A stretch of 64,000 nt of DNA from Candidatus Uhrbacteria bacterium (GCA_018664485.1 JABJOE010000002.1:11896-75895); one strand, 5' to 3'. Counted from the first letter of the stretch, positions 47,907 to 57,789 are shown. Numbers and translations: made by a program. Notes: generated from the sequence alone by a model not told the origin.

Positions 47907-49049
47907 ATGAAGCTCTCGTGTACAAAAGAGAACCTCGCACAGGGTCTCTCTATAACAAGTCACGTCAGCACTAAGAACATGAATCTTCCGATTCTGAACA
48001 ATGTTCTAATACGTGCTGATGCTGGAGGGCTCAAACTAATCTCAACAAATCTTGAGATTGCAATTACATGTTCGATCCGTGCGAAGGTTGAACAGCAAGG
48101 AGAATACACAGTTCCATCAAAGTTGTTCTATGACTTTGTGAACCTACTGCCAAACGAACCAGTTGATATAGATCTTCACGACGACGGTTTGTTTATATCT
48201 TGCGCAAGCGCGAAGACAACCCTTAAGGGAATGGACGCTTCAGAGTTTCCACTTGTTCCACCGGTTCAAGCAAAAGAATCTTATGAGGTACCTGTTGCAA
48301 GCCTGGCTAAAGGATTATCTCGAACGTTATTTGCGACAGCTACAAACGAGTCCCGGCCGGAGCTCACAGGACTACTTCTTTCAATTCACCACCCAAGCGC
48401 TGGCGTAGGTACACTTACTCTTGCTGCAACGGACAGCTACCGACTTGCGGAGTATGTGCTCGCAATTAAAACGACGCACAACGAGCCACGAGAGGTCATA
48501 GTGCCGTCTCGTACCCTCTCTGAGCTATCTCGCATCCTTTCGGTATTCAAAGACGATGTAGAGGCACCTGAGAGCGTTTCGCTAGAGCTCTCTGACAACC
48601 AGGCAGTATTCCGATATGGATCAGTGGAATTGATTTCAAGAACTATCGACGGAAACTACCCTGATTATCGGCAAATTATCCCAACAGAATTCAAGACAGA
48701 TGTTTTTGTAGATCGGTCTGAAACCATTCAGGCGATTAAGAGCGCAAGTCTTTTTGCAAAAAACGGACTCTTTGATGTTCAGGTTAATATGGACCCGGCG
48801 CAGAAGATGGTTCAGCTGTCGGCTCAAGACGCGACGCGCGGAGAAAATTCAGTATCGGTAAAGTCTGACGAAGCTACCGGCGAGATCAACTCAATGGTTC
48901 TAAACTACCGATATCTTCTCGACGGACTTCAGGCTGCAGGAACTCAGGGAGTACAGGTTCAAATGATTGATGCGATGAACCCATGTGTTATTCGTCCAAC
49001 GGGAGAGGGGGATAAGTATCAGTACATCGTGATGCCTATCCGGCAGTAG
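47907..49049 (+). CDS. dnaN: DNA polymerase III beta clamp
   Basis: STNLEI, ATDSYRL, GNYPDY, IVMPIR. Confidence 0.97.
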   Translation: MKLSCTKENLAQGLSITSHVSTKNMNLPILNNVLIRADAGGLKLISTNLEIAITCSIRAKVEQQGEYTVPSKLFYDFVNLLPNEPVDIDLHDDGLFISCASAKTTLKGMDASEFPLVPPVQAKESYEVPVASLAKGLSRTLFATATNESRPELTGLLLSIHHPSAGVGTLTLAATDSYRLAEYVLAIKTTHNEPREVIVPSRTLSELSRILSVFKDDVEAPESVSLELSDNQAVFRYGSVELISRTIDGNYPDYRQIIPTEFKTDVFVDRSETIQAIKSASLFAKNGLFDVQVNMDPAQKMVQLSAQDATRGENSVSVKSDEATGEINSMVLNYRYLLDGLQAAGTQGVQVQMIDAMNPCVIRPTGEGDKYQYIVMPIRQ

Positions 49050-49266
49050 GAAATTATCCAGGCGGCGTATTTCTGGCTTGTCGGGTCCCAGCTGCTCGTC
49101 ACCGTACGGGGAGGTACAATTCCTCACAGCTTTCCCAACGCACCAAAACCACGTCCACCTGAAAAATTTCCCGTAACAACTTTAAAATATAACGATGCCC
49201 CTACGAGATATTCGTTTGGGGTATTTGTTGTCCAGGGAGCAAGACACCAGAAGAACTATTTTTAAA

Positions 49267-49310
49267 TGCAGCGACACCCACGGCGAGAGAATCGTCGTGG
49301 GTGTTTAGGT
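49267..49310 (-). terminator. GC hairpin + TGCA 3' element
   Basis: + strand tgca-gcg-acacccacggcga-gagaa-tcgtcgtgggtgt-ttaggt. Confidence 0.55.
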
Positions 49311-49330
49311 TGGCGCGGCGCGACAACGGC

Positions 49331-49642
49331 TCAAGGGTCCGTCTCAGAAGTGTCGGGCGAGAGACTTGCCGCGACGACCAGCCCCACATAGAACCCAATC
49401 ACACAAAAGATGACAGACAAGAACACTACAGGGGGAGCGTCCCTACCAAGAATCAGGAGGGCGGCGATCCAGGACAGGAAGGAAATGCCAGCCGCTGCAA
49501 GAATGGGGAAGTCAACGAATGGTTTGCTCCGATCACTGGCATCCAAATAGACGGAAGTAGCAACCAGGAACATGGTGATCACGGGAGCGACACCAAGCGA
49601 CAGAAATTTAATAGCTAGAGAAAAAAGCTCTAAAGTTTCCAC
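49331..49642 (-). CDS. Orphan small membrane protein (3 TM), cassette class
   Basis: AGGA SD before GTG; TTGACG-18-TAACGT promoter; three hydrophobic segments. Confidence 0.65.
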   Translation of the reverse strand: METLELFSLAIKFLSLGVAPVITMFLVATSVYLDASDRSKPFVDFPILAAAGISFLSWIAALLILGRDAPPVVFLSVIFCVIGFYVGLVVAASLSPDTSETDP

Positions 49643-49790
49643 GCAAATCCTACGGACAGATGTTTGTAAGGTCCTGAAAGCCAGGATTGCGACGTTAACA
49701 AAAAAAGAGGCGCGCCGTCAAAGACTCGCTCCTCAATTAATTCCGCCAAAACTACATCTAATCGGAAAAACTCCACGCACAAATTGTAAA

Positions 49791-49835
49791 AGCAAGCGCG
49801 CCCGCTACGAGAGAACTCGTTGCGGGCGCTTAGGT
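49791..49835 (-). terminator. GC hairpin + TGCT 3' element
   Basis: + strand agca-agc-gcgcccgctacgag-agaa-ctcgttgcgggcgc-ttaggt. Confidence 0.55.
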
Positions 49836-49842
49836 CGAGGGG

Positions 49843-50229
49843 CTAGTCTCCAGGCCCGTCAGGATCCTCCGGACCAAGAAAGATAATGTGTACACCGGTA
49901 GAATCATCAGCAGCAACAGCAACCATCATATCAGAGCCATGGATTACCGCCTTCATCCTGGCAGGGTCTGTGTAGGGGGTTCCGTTGATGATGACAGGGC
50001 GATCTCGTGAAAGCGCGCGAGCAACTCGTGCGTCTAGGTCGGCCACGGCCCAGTGAAGTATTTCGTCGGCGGTTGCGCCCCGCCAGTCAATTCCCCAGAC
50101 AACGCCCCTAGACACGAGGTCTGTAAGAAATGTGCTGGGATTTACGGGGACGCCTCCAGGCCCGCTGACCCCGAGAAATCTCTTCGGGTTAATGGCACCT
50201 TCGCCTGACTTAAACCAAATAGTTATCAT
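49843..50229 (-). CDS. Orphan 128-aa protein, cassette class
   Basis: GGAGG SD; TTGACG at 50275-50270. Confidence 0.7.
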   Translation of the reverse strand: MITIWFKSGEGAINPKRFLGVSGPGGVPVNPSTFLTDLVSRGVVWGIDWRGATADEILHWAVADLDARVARALSRDRPVIINGTPYTDPARMKAVIHGSDMMVAVAADDSTGVHIIFLGPEDPDGPGD

Positions 50230-50331
50230 GTGTCCTCCAGAGCCAAAGTGAACAGCAAAAAGCGTGAACCGTCAAGGGTTCACGCTTTGTTTATTGCCGC
50301 TCTTTCATTTCACTTATTCTGTTTCCACGGC

Positions 50332-53241
50332 CTATTCCGCCTCTTCTTCTGGTACCAGGTCAAGTAGATCCGGAGCAGTTAGTGTCTCTCGTACCGAGAC
50401 TAGAACCGGAGAGATGTCAGCAGTCTCTTCATCGTTACCTGTAGTGACCCCACTTAGACTGTAGTCTCCCTCAAGAGCCACACTCCACTCGACGATGATT
50501 ACAGATGAAGGACTCTCAACTGTTGTGATAAGAGTTTCCTCACCCGTCCAAAGATTTAGTGCAGTGAGCGTGATCTCTGACACATCACTTGCGCCGGCAA
50601 TCTCCACAGCGATTTGATAGGTGTCGTTAGACTGTTCGATTTCTTGTGACGCAAACGGATTTGTAATTCGCGCTTGAGAACTGTCACCGGCCTCGGTTAC
50701 TTCGATAAGAATTTTATCTTCGCTTGCGTTATCGATGTCGTCGTAGGCGACAACCTTAAGCGTGTGTTCTCCGACTTCAACCCAGCTTGGAAGAGAGAGG
50801 GTTGTGCCGCTCTTGCTGCTGCTTTGTTTTACGAAGACATCATCTATCCAGTAGGTTACCCGATCAATTCCACGCTTTGCATCGGCGTCGATGTCAACGC
50901 GAAACGATCGATCAACTTCGTCGTGATTTGAAGGCTCATCGATGTCGATATCAGGCTCGTTAGACTTCACGTGAAGGTCGTCTTTATCCTCTGGAATATC
51001 GCAAGACTCTTTTGCAACCTCGCCTTCTTCAAGCTCTTCGTTTGAGCGCACGAGATACTCCTGAACGTTCGCCTCCCACGCCACATAAGAGCTATCTGTA
51101 GGCTCGTCTACTAGAGTAAGCGGGTCGGACGGACTGATGTAGTGAAGTATCGTGTGATAGTCTCCACAGAATTTTTCTTCAATATAACTTTCGGGCGTTC
51201 GCTCGGTTGCAAGCTTTCCAGAAGCCTTGTCGAGCACGACGAGTTCGCTTGGAATTTCTCCATCCAACATTGCAATTCCGGTTATCGGAATCTCGGGGCT
51301 AACAAACCCTTCGGCAGCCTGGCCTGCGAGCGCCGCATTCATGTACTGGTTCCACACAGGTGCCGCAACAGACGACCCACCGGATCCGCGATTCATAGTT
51401 GTACCGTCCGTGTTTCCTGTCCACACACCAGCCACAAGTGAAGGCGTGTAACCCATTGTCCAGGCGTCGTTGTAGTCGTTAGTTGTTCCGGTCTTGGCGG
51501 CAGCAGGACGGCCCGAAAGCGCAAGGTAGCTTGATGCTCCAAAGTAAGGTGTGCGTGCATTGTTGTCGGACAGAACGTCACTTATCATCCGGGCGATGTT
51601 TGCCTCAAGAACCTTCTCGCCTTCATGTTCTTCAGCCCTCCACTCTTCTAAAATTTCACCGGCACTGTCTTTGACCATCAGGATGGAAACAGGCTCGTGG
51701 TAAACACCTTCAGACGCGAGCGTTGCATACGCTGCGGTGTGATCAAGAAGTGTTACCTCGGCTCCACCAAGAACCATTGAAAGTCCCACCGTTGAAGGGT
51801 CTGTAAGTGTGGAGTAGCCAAGCCGCTGAGCGAAATCCATACCCTCTTCGATTCCGACAAGGTAAAGCATTTTAACAGCTGGAATGTTAAGAGAACCCTG
51901 CAATGCTGAACGGACTGTGACAGGTCCGTGTTCTTCAAGATCGTAGTTGTTTGGTTGGTAGTTTCCAGTTGCAGTTACGAAGGTTGTGAGCACGTCCCAA
52001 AGGATTGTGTTTGGCGTGTACCCGCGTTCAAATGCCGCTGTGTAAATAATAGGCTTAAAGCTAGATCCCGGCTGCAGCGAGCTCATGGCGATGTTTACCT
52101 TTCCATCAATTTCATCATCGTTGTAGTCGACAGAACCTACCATCGCAAGGATGTGGCCGTTATCAGGGTCCATAGAAACGAGCCCGGAGTTATTGAATCC
52201 ATAGCTTTCAGATCGAGCCTCGGCGTTGGCTGTAACCGCTTCGTTTGCGAGGACCTGTTTGTCGTAATCAATGGTTGTGGTGACACGAAGCCCGCCTTGC
52301 TCAACTTGAAGCTGTCCGTAGGTTTCTTCCAATTGTTCTTTGACCCACAGAACGAAATGGGGTGCTTCGATGTCGTTATATTCAATGCTAATTGTTGTGT
52401 CTTCTGCCATGGCAATGTCAGCTTCATCTTGTGTGATGTGCTCGAGGTCCGCCATGCTTTGTAGGATCCAATTTCGACGCGTCTCAAGCTGATCTGGGTT
52501 GTTGAGATATGTCGTCGGAGCTTTTGGCAGTGACGCGAGGGTCGCTGCTTGCGCGAGGCTAAGTTCTTCAACGGCCAGACCATAGTATGAATCTGACGCA
52601 GACTGAATTCCATAGTTACGAGACCCGTATGGAATCTCGTTAAGATAGAGTTGCATGATTTCATCCTTGGTATACCGGCGTTCAAGCGCAAGAGAAAGAA
52701 TGACCTCTTTGAATTTTCTCGTAAATGTTTTTTCGTTTGTGAGAATGGCGTTTTTCACGAGCTGTTGCGTGATGGTTGATGCACCCTGTGCTCGAGAAAG
52801 CGTAACGACATCGATAAAGATGGCGCGCATGATACCTTTGATGTCGATCCCACCATGCTCATAGAATTTTCGATCCTCAGCTGTTATCGTTGCCCAAACA
52901 ACATATTCTGGAATTTGGTCCAGAGTTACCAGCGTACGCTTTTCAGCGCCAGCAATTTCATAAAGAAGATGTTCCCCGGTATTGTCATAGATTTTTGTAG
53001 ACTGTGGAATCTCTCGAATCGTTAGAGAGTTCGGATCTGGCAGATCTTTTGAAAGCCAGGCGAAGGCACCTAAAAACAGGATGCTTCCAAAAAGTGCAAG
53101 GGCGACACATCCAAGCAGGATGTTTTTTATAAGGGTTTTTTTGTTCATTCCCTTAAGAAAGCTGGATAATTTTTTACCGGGCTTTCTGCGTCGTTTATTT
53201 CCTGATTTCCAGGTTTGGTGGCGTGAAGATTTTGGGTTCAT
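50332..53241 (-). CDS. Class A penicillin-binding protein (PBP1A) with C-terminal Ig-like domains
   Basis: EDRKFYEHGG, GASTITQQ, PGSSFKP, SLN, KTGT. Confidence 0.95.
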   Translation of the reverse strand: MNPKSSRHQTWKSGNKRRRKPGKKLSSFLKGMNKKTLIKNILLGCVALALFGSILFLGAFAWLSKDLPDPNSLTIREIPQSTKIYDNTGEHLLYEIAGAEKRTLVTLDQIPEYVVWATITAEDRKFYEHGGIDIKGIMRAIFIDVVTLSRAQGASTITQQLVKNAILTNEKTFTRKFKEVILSLALERRYTKDEIMQLYLNEIPYGSRNYGIQSASDSYYGLAVEELSLAQAATLASLPKAPTTYLNNPDQLETRRNWILQSMADLEHITQDEADIAMAEDTTISIEYNDIEAPHFVLWVKEQLEETYGQLQVEQGGLRVTTTIDYDKQVLANEAVTANAEARSESYGFNNSGLVSMDPDNGHILAMVGSVDYNDDEIDGKVNIAMSSLQPGSSFKPIIYTAAFERGYTPNTILWDVLTTFVTATGNYQPNNYDLEEHGPVTVRSALQGSLNIPAVKMLYLVGIEEGMDFAQRLGYSTLTDPSTVGLSMVLGGAEVTLLDHTAAYATLASEGVYHEPVSILMVKDSAGEILEEWRAEEHEGEKVLEANIARMISDVLSDNNARTPYFGASSYLALSGRPAAAKTGTTNDYNDAWTMGYTPSLVAGVWTGNTDGTTMNRGSGGSSVAAPVWNQYMNAALAGQAAEGFVSPEIPITGIAMLDGEIPSELVVLDKASGKLATERTPESYIEEKFCGDYHTILHYISPSDPLTLVDEPTDSSYVAWEANVQEYLVRSNEELEEGEVAKESCDIPEDKDDLHVKSNEPDIDIDEPSNHDEVDRSFRVDIDADAKRGIDRVTYWIDDVFVKQSSSKSGTTLSLPSWVEVGEHTLKVVAYDDIDNASEDKILIEVTEAGDSSQARITNPFASQEIEQSNDTYQIAVEIAGASDVSEITLTALNLWTGEETLITTVESPSSVIIVEWSVALEGDYSLSGVTTGNDEETADISPVLVSVRETLTAPDLLDLVPEEEAE

Positions 53242-53452
53242 AGATATGTAATTTCCATCGAAGTATAGCTCTGAAGGCTCTGTTTTGCAATGGCCAATAT
53301 TGGCCAAGATTAAGCTTTATTGGTTGACAAAAGGGCAAAAATGTGGTATCTTGTTGTTCCTCGCAAAGTCGAGGCTTTTTCTTTACGAGTAAAGAGAGCT
53401 TCGAAATTGTGTGTCGATTGATTGGAGATTTATTTAGATTTCTATATTTATT

Positions 53453-53959
53453 ATGCTTAAACGCATTATCAAGAAGTCCCCCATTGAAAGCGCGCTGATT
53501 GGACTTATGGTGTTTGTTCTTGGATACGGAGCCCTTCCTGCCTTTGCTCTTGCTGGTGAGGATATTGGGCCGGACATGACATATGTGGCCATTCAGATTG
53601 AAGCTATGCAAAACAGTCTTCGTGATTTCGGAACTCTTCCAAGCTCCGAGGGACGTGAGGCAAACTATACTATTAACGTTATGGCAACGGCGTATAACTC
53701 ACTGCCGGGTCAGACCGACAGCACGCCATTTACGACCGCATCTGGAACTACTACGCGTCACGGAGTGATCGCAGCAAACTTTCTTCCGTTTGGAACGCGA
53801 GTGAAGATTCCAGAGATTTACGGAGACCAGGTATTTATTGTGGAAGACCGTATGAACGCCCGATATTGGCACAAGGTTGATATTTGGATGGAGGGATACG
53901 ACGACGCAATTGAATTTGGAATTAAGAACATTACGATTGAGGTTTACCCAACTTCATAG
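53453..53959 (+). CDS. 3D-domain protein
   Basis: ATAYNS...TASG, LPFGTRVKI, VEDRM, VDIW. Confidence 0.88.
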   Translation: MLKRIIKKSPIESALIGLMVFVLGYGALPAFALAGEDIGPDMTYVAIQIEAMQNSLRDFGTLPSSEGREANYTINVMATAYNSLPGQTDSTPFTTASGTTTRHGVIAANFLPFGTRVKIPEIYGDQVFIVEDRMNARYWHKVDIWMEGYDDAIEFGIKNITIEVYPTS

Positions 53960-54036
53960 TTAAGCAAACGCAGCCCCTTGTGGGCTGTTTTTGTATAGGT
54001 TGAATAACTTATCAGCACATGCTACATTTTGCGCAT

Positions 54037-54558
54037 ATGAATAAACTATTTTTAGGGCTTTTAACCCTCGTCCTTATGGGCGCAGGCTGTTCCGCGGGCG
54101 TGGCCGACGACGCAAGTCAAGAAGACGCTCAAGCCGAATGGTGGTTGAGTTTTGACTTGCCAGAAGACTGGGTTGTTGTATCTCACTATGGCGGGGGTTC
54201 AGGTGAGCTTCCTACGGCAGATTTAATTGAAGCACGAACAACGGATGTCGTTATTCAAAGCACATCATTACCGATCTCTGTTGATGGCGGAGTTGGTGAA
54301 GGGTGGGAGGAGTATGTGGATTCGGACTACACATATGTACGGGCATTTCGCTACAGCAAGCTTCGGCCCCTTTCAGACGACGCGATCGATCTTGGAAACG
54401 GATTCTACGAAGCTGATTGGCTCGGAGAGACTGCCTATTGGTGGCCACAAGAATTCGGAAACTACCTATTCCTGATAGATGTTGACGGACAAGAGCGCGA
54501 GGCGGCGAAAGAAGTTATCTTCACCGCGCAGGAGCACGATTTGAGCGATCAGCTATAA
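54037..54558 (+). CDS. Hypothetical lipoprotein
   Basis: MNKLFLGLLTLVLMGAGC lipobox; acidic mature domain. Confidence 0.75.
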   Translation: MNKLFLGLLTLVLMGAGCSAGVADDASQEDAQAEWWLSFDLPEDWVVVSHYGGGSGELPTADLIEARTTDVVIQSTSLPISVDGGVGEGWEEYVDSDYTYVRAFRYSKLRPLSDDAIDLGNGFYEADWLGETAYWWPQEFGNYLFLIDVDGQEREAAKEVIFTAQEHDLSDQL

Positions 54559-54591
54559 TATAAACGTGAAATCTAAACGATAAGAATATTT

Positions 54592-55464
54592 ATGACAATG
54601 ATACGAAGATATATTGCGAGTGTTGCTATGGTGGCACTTATGGTCGGAGCTCTTTTTGCGGCAGCACCAGTGAGTGCGGCCCTCACCTTTCCAACAGTTG
54701 CGGATCTTGAGGCAGGAGACCTTTTCAAGACCGACGACTCTTCAACGGTTTACTACTTTGGAGCAGACGAGCTCCGATATGGTTTTCCAAACGAGAACAC
54801 GTACTTTACTTGGTACGACGATTTCGATGACGTTGTTACAATTACATCTACTGAAATGAATTTGATTCCTTTCTCTGGAATGGTTACGTACTTCCCACAC
54901 TTTGATGGGATGACGGACACTCGACTGCTTCAGATTACAGGGCAGGAAGAAATCTACGTGTCATTGGGGCTTACTATGCTCATTGAGGTAGAGGACGAAG
55001 ATGATGCAGCGGTGCTTTTTGGAGACGACTGGGCTGATCGAGTAGACGTACTTCCAGACGTTTTTGTAAGCCACTATATTATCACCGGCGGAAACATTGA
55101 TGATGACTCTGAGTTCGACGAGGTGCCAGACGATGGATATTCAATCTCAGACGACATGGAGCTTGTGGCGCCAGTCGGTGTGATGATCTATGAGGATCCG
55201 CTTCGATTCGCCGTTTCAGACGAAAGCGTTTGTGATGACGATTACTGCGCATACAACGAGCTTACGGTCGAGCAGGGAGATACAATCAAGTTTGTTAACT
55301 ATGCAGAAGAAGAGGTTCGAGTTCGTGAAGAGAACAACGAGTGGACAACTGGTCCAATGGGAACAGAGGATGTTGTTGTTTTGACGGTTGATAGTGAGCC
55401 TGGAGAATACTATTTCTACGGAAATAGCGACGACGACATCGTTGGAATCCTAACAGTTGAATAA
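54592..55464 (+). CDS. Exported acidic protein with possible cupredoxin-like C-terminal domain
   Basis: Signal peptide; GDLFK...STVYY...RYGFPNENTYFTWY module; LTVEQGDTIKFVN...PGEYYF...GILTVE without Cu ligands. Confidence 0.65.
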   Translation: MTMIRRYIASVAMVALMVGALFAAAPVSAALTFPTVADLEAGDLFKTDDSSTVYYFGADELRYGFPNENTYFTWYDDFDDVVTITSTEMNLIPFSGMVTYFPHFDGMTDTRLLQITGQEEIYVSLGLTMLIEVEDEDDAAVLFGDDWADRVDVLPDVFVSHYIITGGNIDDDSEFDEVPDDGYSISDDMELVAPVGVMIYEDPLRFAVSDESVCDDDYCAYNELTVEQGDTIKFVNYAEEEVRVREENNEWTTGPMGTEDVVVLTVDSEPGEYYFYGNSDDDIVGILTVE

Positions 55465-55587
55465 GCGACCCCACGAAGCGCTTGGCAGCCCAGAAGTTGT
55501 TTTAAGTGGAAAGAAAAAGGCACATCTTGACGATGTGCCTTTTGACTTGTACTCTGCGCGTGCAATCGAGTATACGTATACTCGCTT

Positions 55588-55663
55588 GGCCGCGTGGCGA
55601 AGTGGCTAACGCATGGGTCTGCAAAACCTTTATCCGCCGGTTCGAATCCGGCCGCGGCCTCCA
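55588..55663 (+). tRNA. tRNA-Cys (GCA)
   Basis: GGCCGCG stem, loop CT-GCA-AA, GGTTCGAATCC, CCA. Confidence 0.93.
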
Positions 55664-55765
55664 TCGAGCTGGGCTCGACACATAAACTGTTCGAGAATAG
55701 CTCGATGGAACACTAAAAAAGATAGAGTTTGAAAAACCAACAGCGAATGCTGCTGGTTTTTTTGT

Positions 55766-56545
55766 TTATGAGGTGTACGGCTTTCCAATTTTCCAGAAGT
55801 AATCAAATTGACTTTTTAGTGTTTGGTGAAGCTCGGCACTTTCTACGATAAGTCCGTAGTGTTCTCTTCGCGCGCTTAAGAAAGCTACGCGGTTTCCGTA
55901 TATGCCATAACCAATATGTTGTTGAAGGTCCTTTGGCAGAGTTCTGGCGCGACGAAGGAAAGTTTTTTGTGTAGGTGTTCCTTTTAGAAAGGAGTAATCG
56001 CGGCCTTGTTCTGTTTGGCCGTGTGGCCAGAGTACATTTAGCCAAATTCCTCTAGCAATACGTTCTTTATGAAATGCTGCTAAAACACTCTCGGGGATAG
56101 CGCCAATCATTTCTTCAACGGGCCATAGCCAATAAGTTTCTTTTTCTCGTGACCTGAGAATGTCGCGAAAAATTCTTTCAGCCGACTCCGTTGATTCAAA
56201 TACAGAAAATCTTGGTTTGTAATATTCAATCTTAGGAATTTTCTTTGCTAGCGAAGCGAAACTATTTTTTGATTCAACTAGTTGCTGAATCCTTTCATCA
56301 AAGAGTTCTTGAATACGATCCGTAGACTCTGCTATAAAAAGCTTTCCGTGTCTGGTTACGATAGGTGATGCAAGTCCATGATCAATTAGGGCGCCTAGGT
56401 GGCCATATAGAGTTGGTCTCGCTACAGCCATTTTTTTGCTGAGATCAACTATTGACACACCTTCCGGGAATTGACGGAGAGCTAAAAAAGTTTCTCCTTG
56501 AGGGGTTGAGATACCCAGCTGAACTATTAGGTCGGTTATATTCAT
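55766..56545 (-). CDS. TrmB-family transcriptional regulator
   Basis: N-terminal wHTH (VARPTLYGHLGALIDHGL); C-terminal IYGNRVAF...IVES effector domain. Confidence 0.85.
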   Translation of the reverse strand: MNITDLIVQLGISTPQGETFLALRQFPEGVSIVDLSKKMAVARPTLYGHLGALIDHGLASPIVTRHGKLFIAESTDRIQELFDERIQQLVESKNSFASLAKKIPKIEYYKPRFSVFESTESAERIFRDILRSREKETYWLWPVEEMIGAIPESVLAAFHKERIARGIWLNVLWPHGQTEQGRDYSFLKGTPTQKTFLRRARTLPKDLQQHIGYGIYGNRVAFLSARREHYGLIVESAELHQTLKSQFDYFWKIGKPYTS

Positions 56546-56605
56546 ATGGTGTCGGATGTTGACGACAGTTTTACATAAAATGAACGATATGTAAATGTTG
56601 CAAGT

Positions 56606-57736
56606 ATGAAAAACAAAAAAATATTTATCAGTTTCGCGTTTGTTGCAGGTTTAGCTGCATTGCTCGGCTCACACTTTGTTTATCAGCCCGTAACTGTCCA
56701 GACAGAGCCCATTGTTATTGGATATATGGGGGCGTTAACCGGGTCAGCAGCATTTATCGGAAAAAGTACTCAGGCTGGGATTATGCTGGCGGCTGATCAG
56801 GTAAATGAGGAGGGAGGGGTGTTGGGACGGCCTATCGAGATTATATATGAGGATAGCGCATGTGATGCCACTACGGCCGCTACGGCAGCAATGAAGTTAA
56901 TAAATATTGATAATGTAGTTGGAATTATAGGAGCTCTGTGCTCGCATGCCACGCTTGCGGCGGCACCAATAGCAGAGGCGGCGCAGATACCTCTAATATC
57001 TTACACTTCGAGCGCGCCAGCTATCACGGATGCGGGCGAATATATTTTTCGTGTTGTTCCGTCGGATGTTTTTCAAGCGCAACACGCCGCACGTTATTTA
57101 CACGAGGACCTACAGGTAGAGCGTGTGGCGATTCTTCATTGTAGAAATGATTATTGCGAAGGCAATAAGGAAGCTTTCCTGGAGGCATTTAAGGGGGAGG
57201 TGACATCGCAAGAAGGACATGAAGAGGGTGCAACAGACTTACGAACACAGATCATTAAAGTCATGGCAACAAACCCGGAGGCAGTGTACTTTTTGGGCTT
57301 TCCAACAGATACCGTAGTTGGCATCAAACAAATGGCAGAGCTCGGTTTTTTAGACCGGGTAAAGGTGCTTGGCCCAGATACTTGGTCTACACAAACTATT
57401 TGGGACAGCTTAGGCGCTCTTGCTGATGGGGTTATGTATATGCAGCCAGGAAATATTAAAGACGATACGTCATTCTCGAAGGACATTCTGGCTTATTTAG
57501 CACCCGAAGAAATTAGCGTTTACACTTCTCGTGCTTATGACGCCTTGCGTATTATGACGCAATCAATCAATATATCTGAAGGTGTTAATGGCGAAGATAT
57601 TGTAGAGACGCTATATGAACTTAGTAATTATCAGGGTGTTGCAGACTCGTATTCATTTGATCAAAACGGCGATGTTGTTGGTGCGACGTACGATATTCTC
57701 CAGATTCAGGACGGGTTACCTGTGTTAATTAAATAA
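56606..57736 (+). CDS. Branched-chain amino acid-type ABC substrate-binding protein
   Basis: N-terminal TM; ALTGSAA, GGVLGRPIE..ED, YIFRVVPSD. Confidence 0.88.
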   Translation: MKNKKIFISFAFVAGLAALLGSHFVYQPVTVQTEPIVIGYMGALTGSAAFIGKSTQAGIMLAADQVNEEGGVLGRPIEIIYEDSACDATTAATAAMKLINIDNVVGIIGALCSHATLAAAPIAEAAQIPLISYTSSAPAITDAGEYIFRVVPSDVFQAQHAARYLHEDLQVERVAILHCRNDYCEGNKEAFLEAFKGEVTSQEGHEEGATDLRTQIIKVMATNPEAVYFLGFPTDTVVGIKQMAELGFLDRVKVLGPDTWSTQTIWDSLGALADGVMYMQPGNIKDDTSFSKDILAYLAPEEISVYTSRAYDALRIMTQSINISEGVNGEDIVETLYELSNYQGVADSYSFDQNGDVVGATYDILQIQDGLPVLIK

Positions 57737-57789
57737 ATGTTTCATGTTAAAAAAAACCAGCAGCGCAGGCTGCTGGTTTTTTTGTTTGT

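Larger units (their letters stand above)
55732..57787. mobile_element. AT-rich two-gene islet bounded by 36-bp direct repeats, next to tRNA-Cys
   Basis: aaaaacca[a/g]cagcg[aat/cag]gctgctggtttttttgttt at 55732-55767 and 57752-57787 (33/36); no recombinase inside. Confidence 0.45.

Noticed and set aside
50903-50918. ttcacgtgaa palindrome as parS
   Set aside because: Outer bases do not match the consensus and it lies inside the PBP1A coding region.
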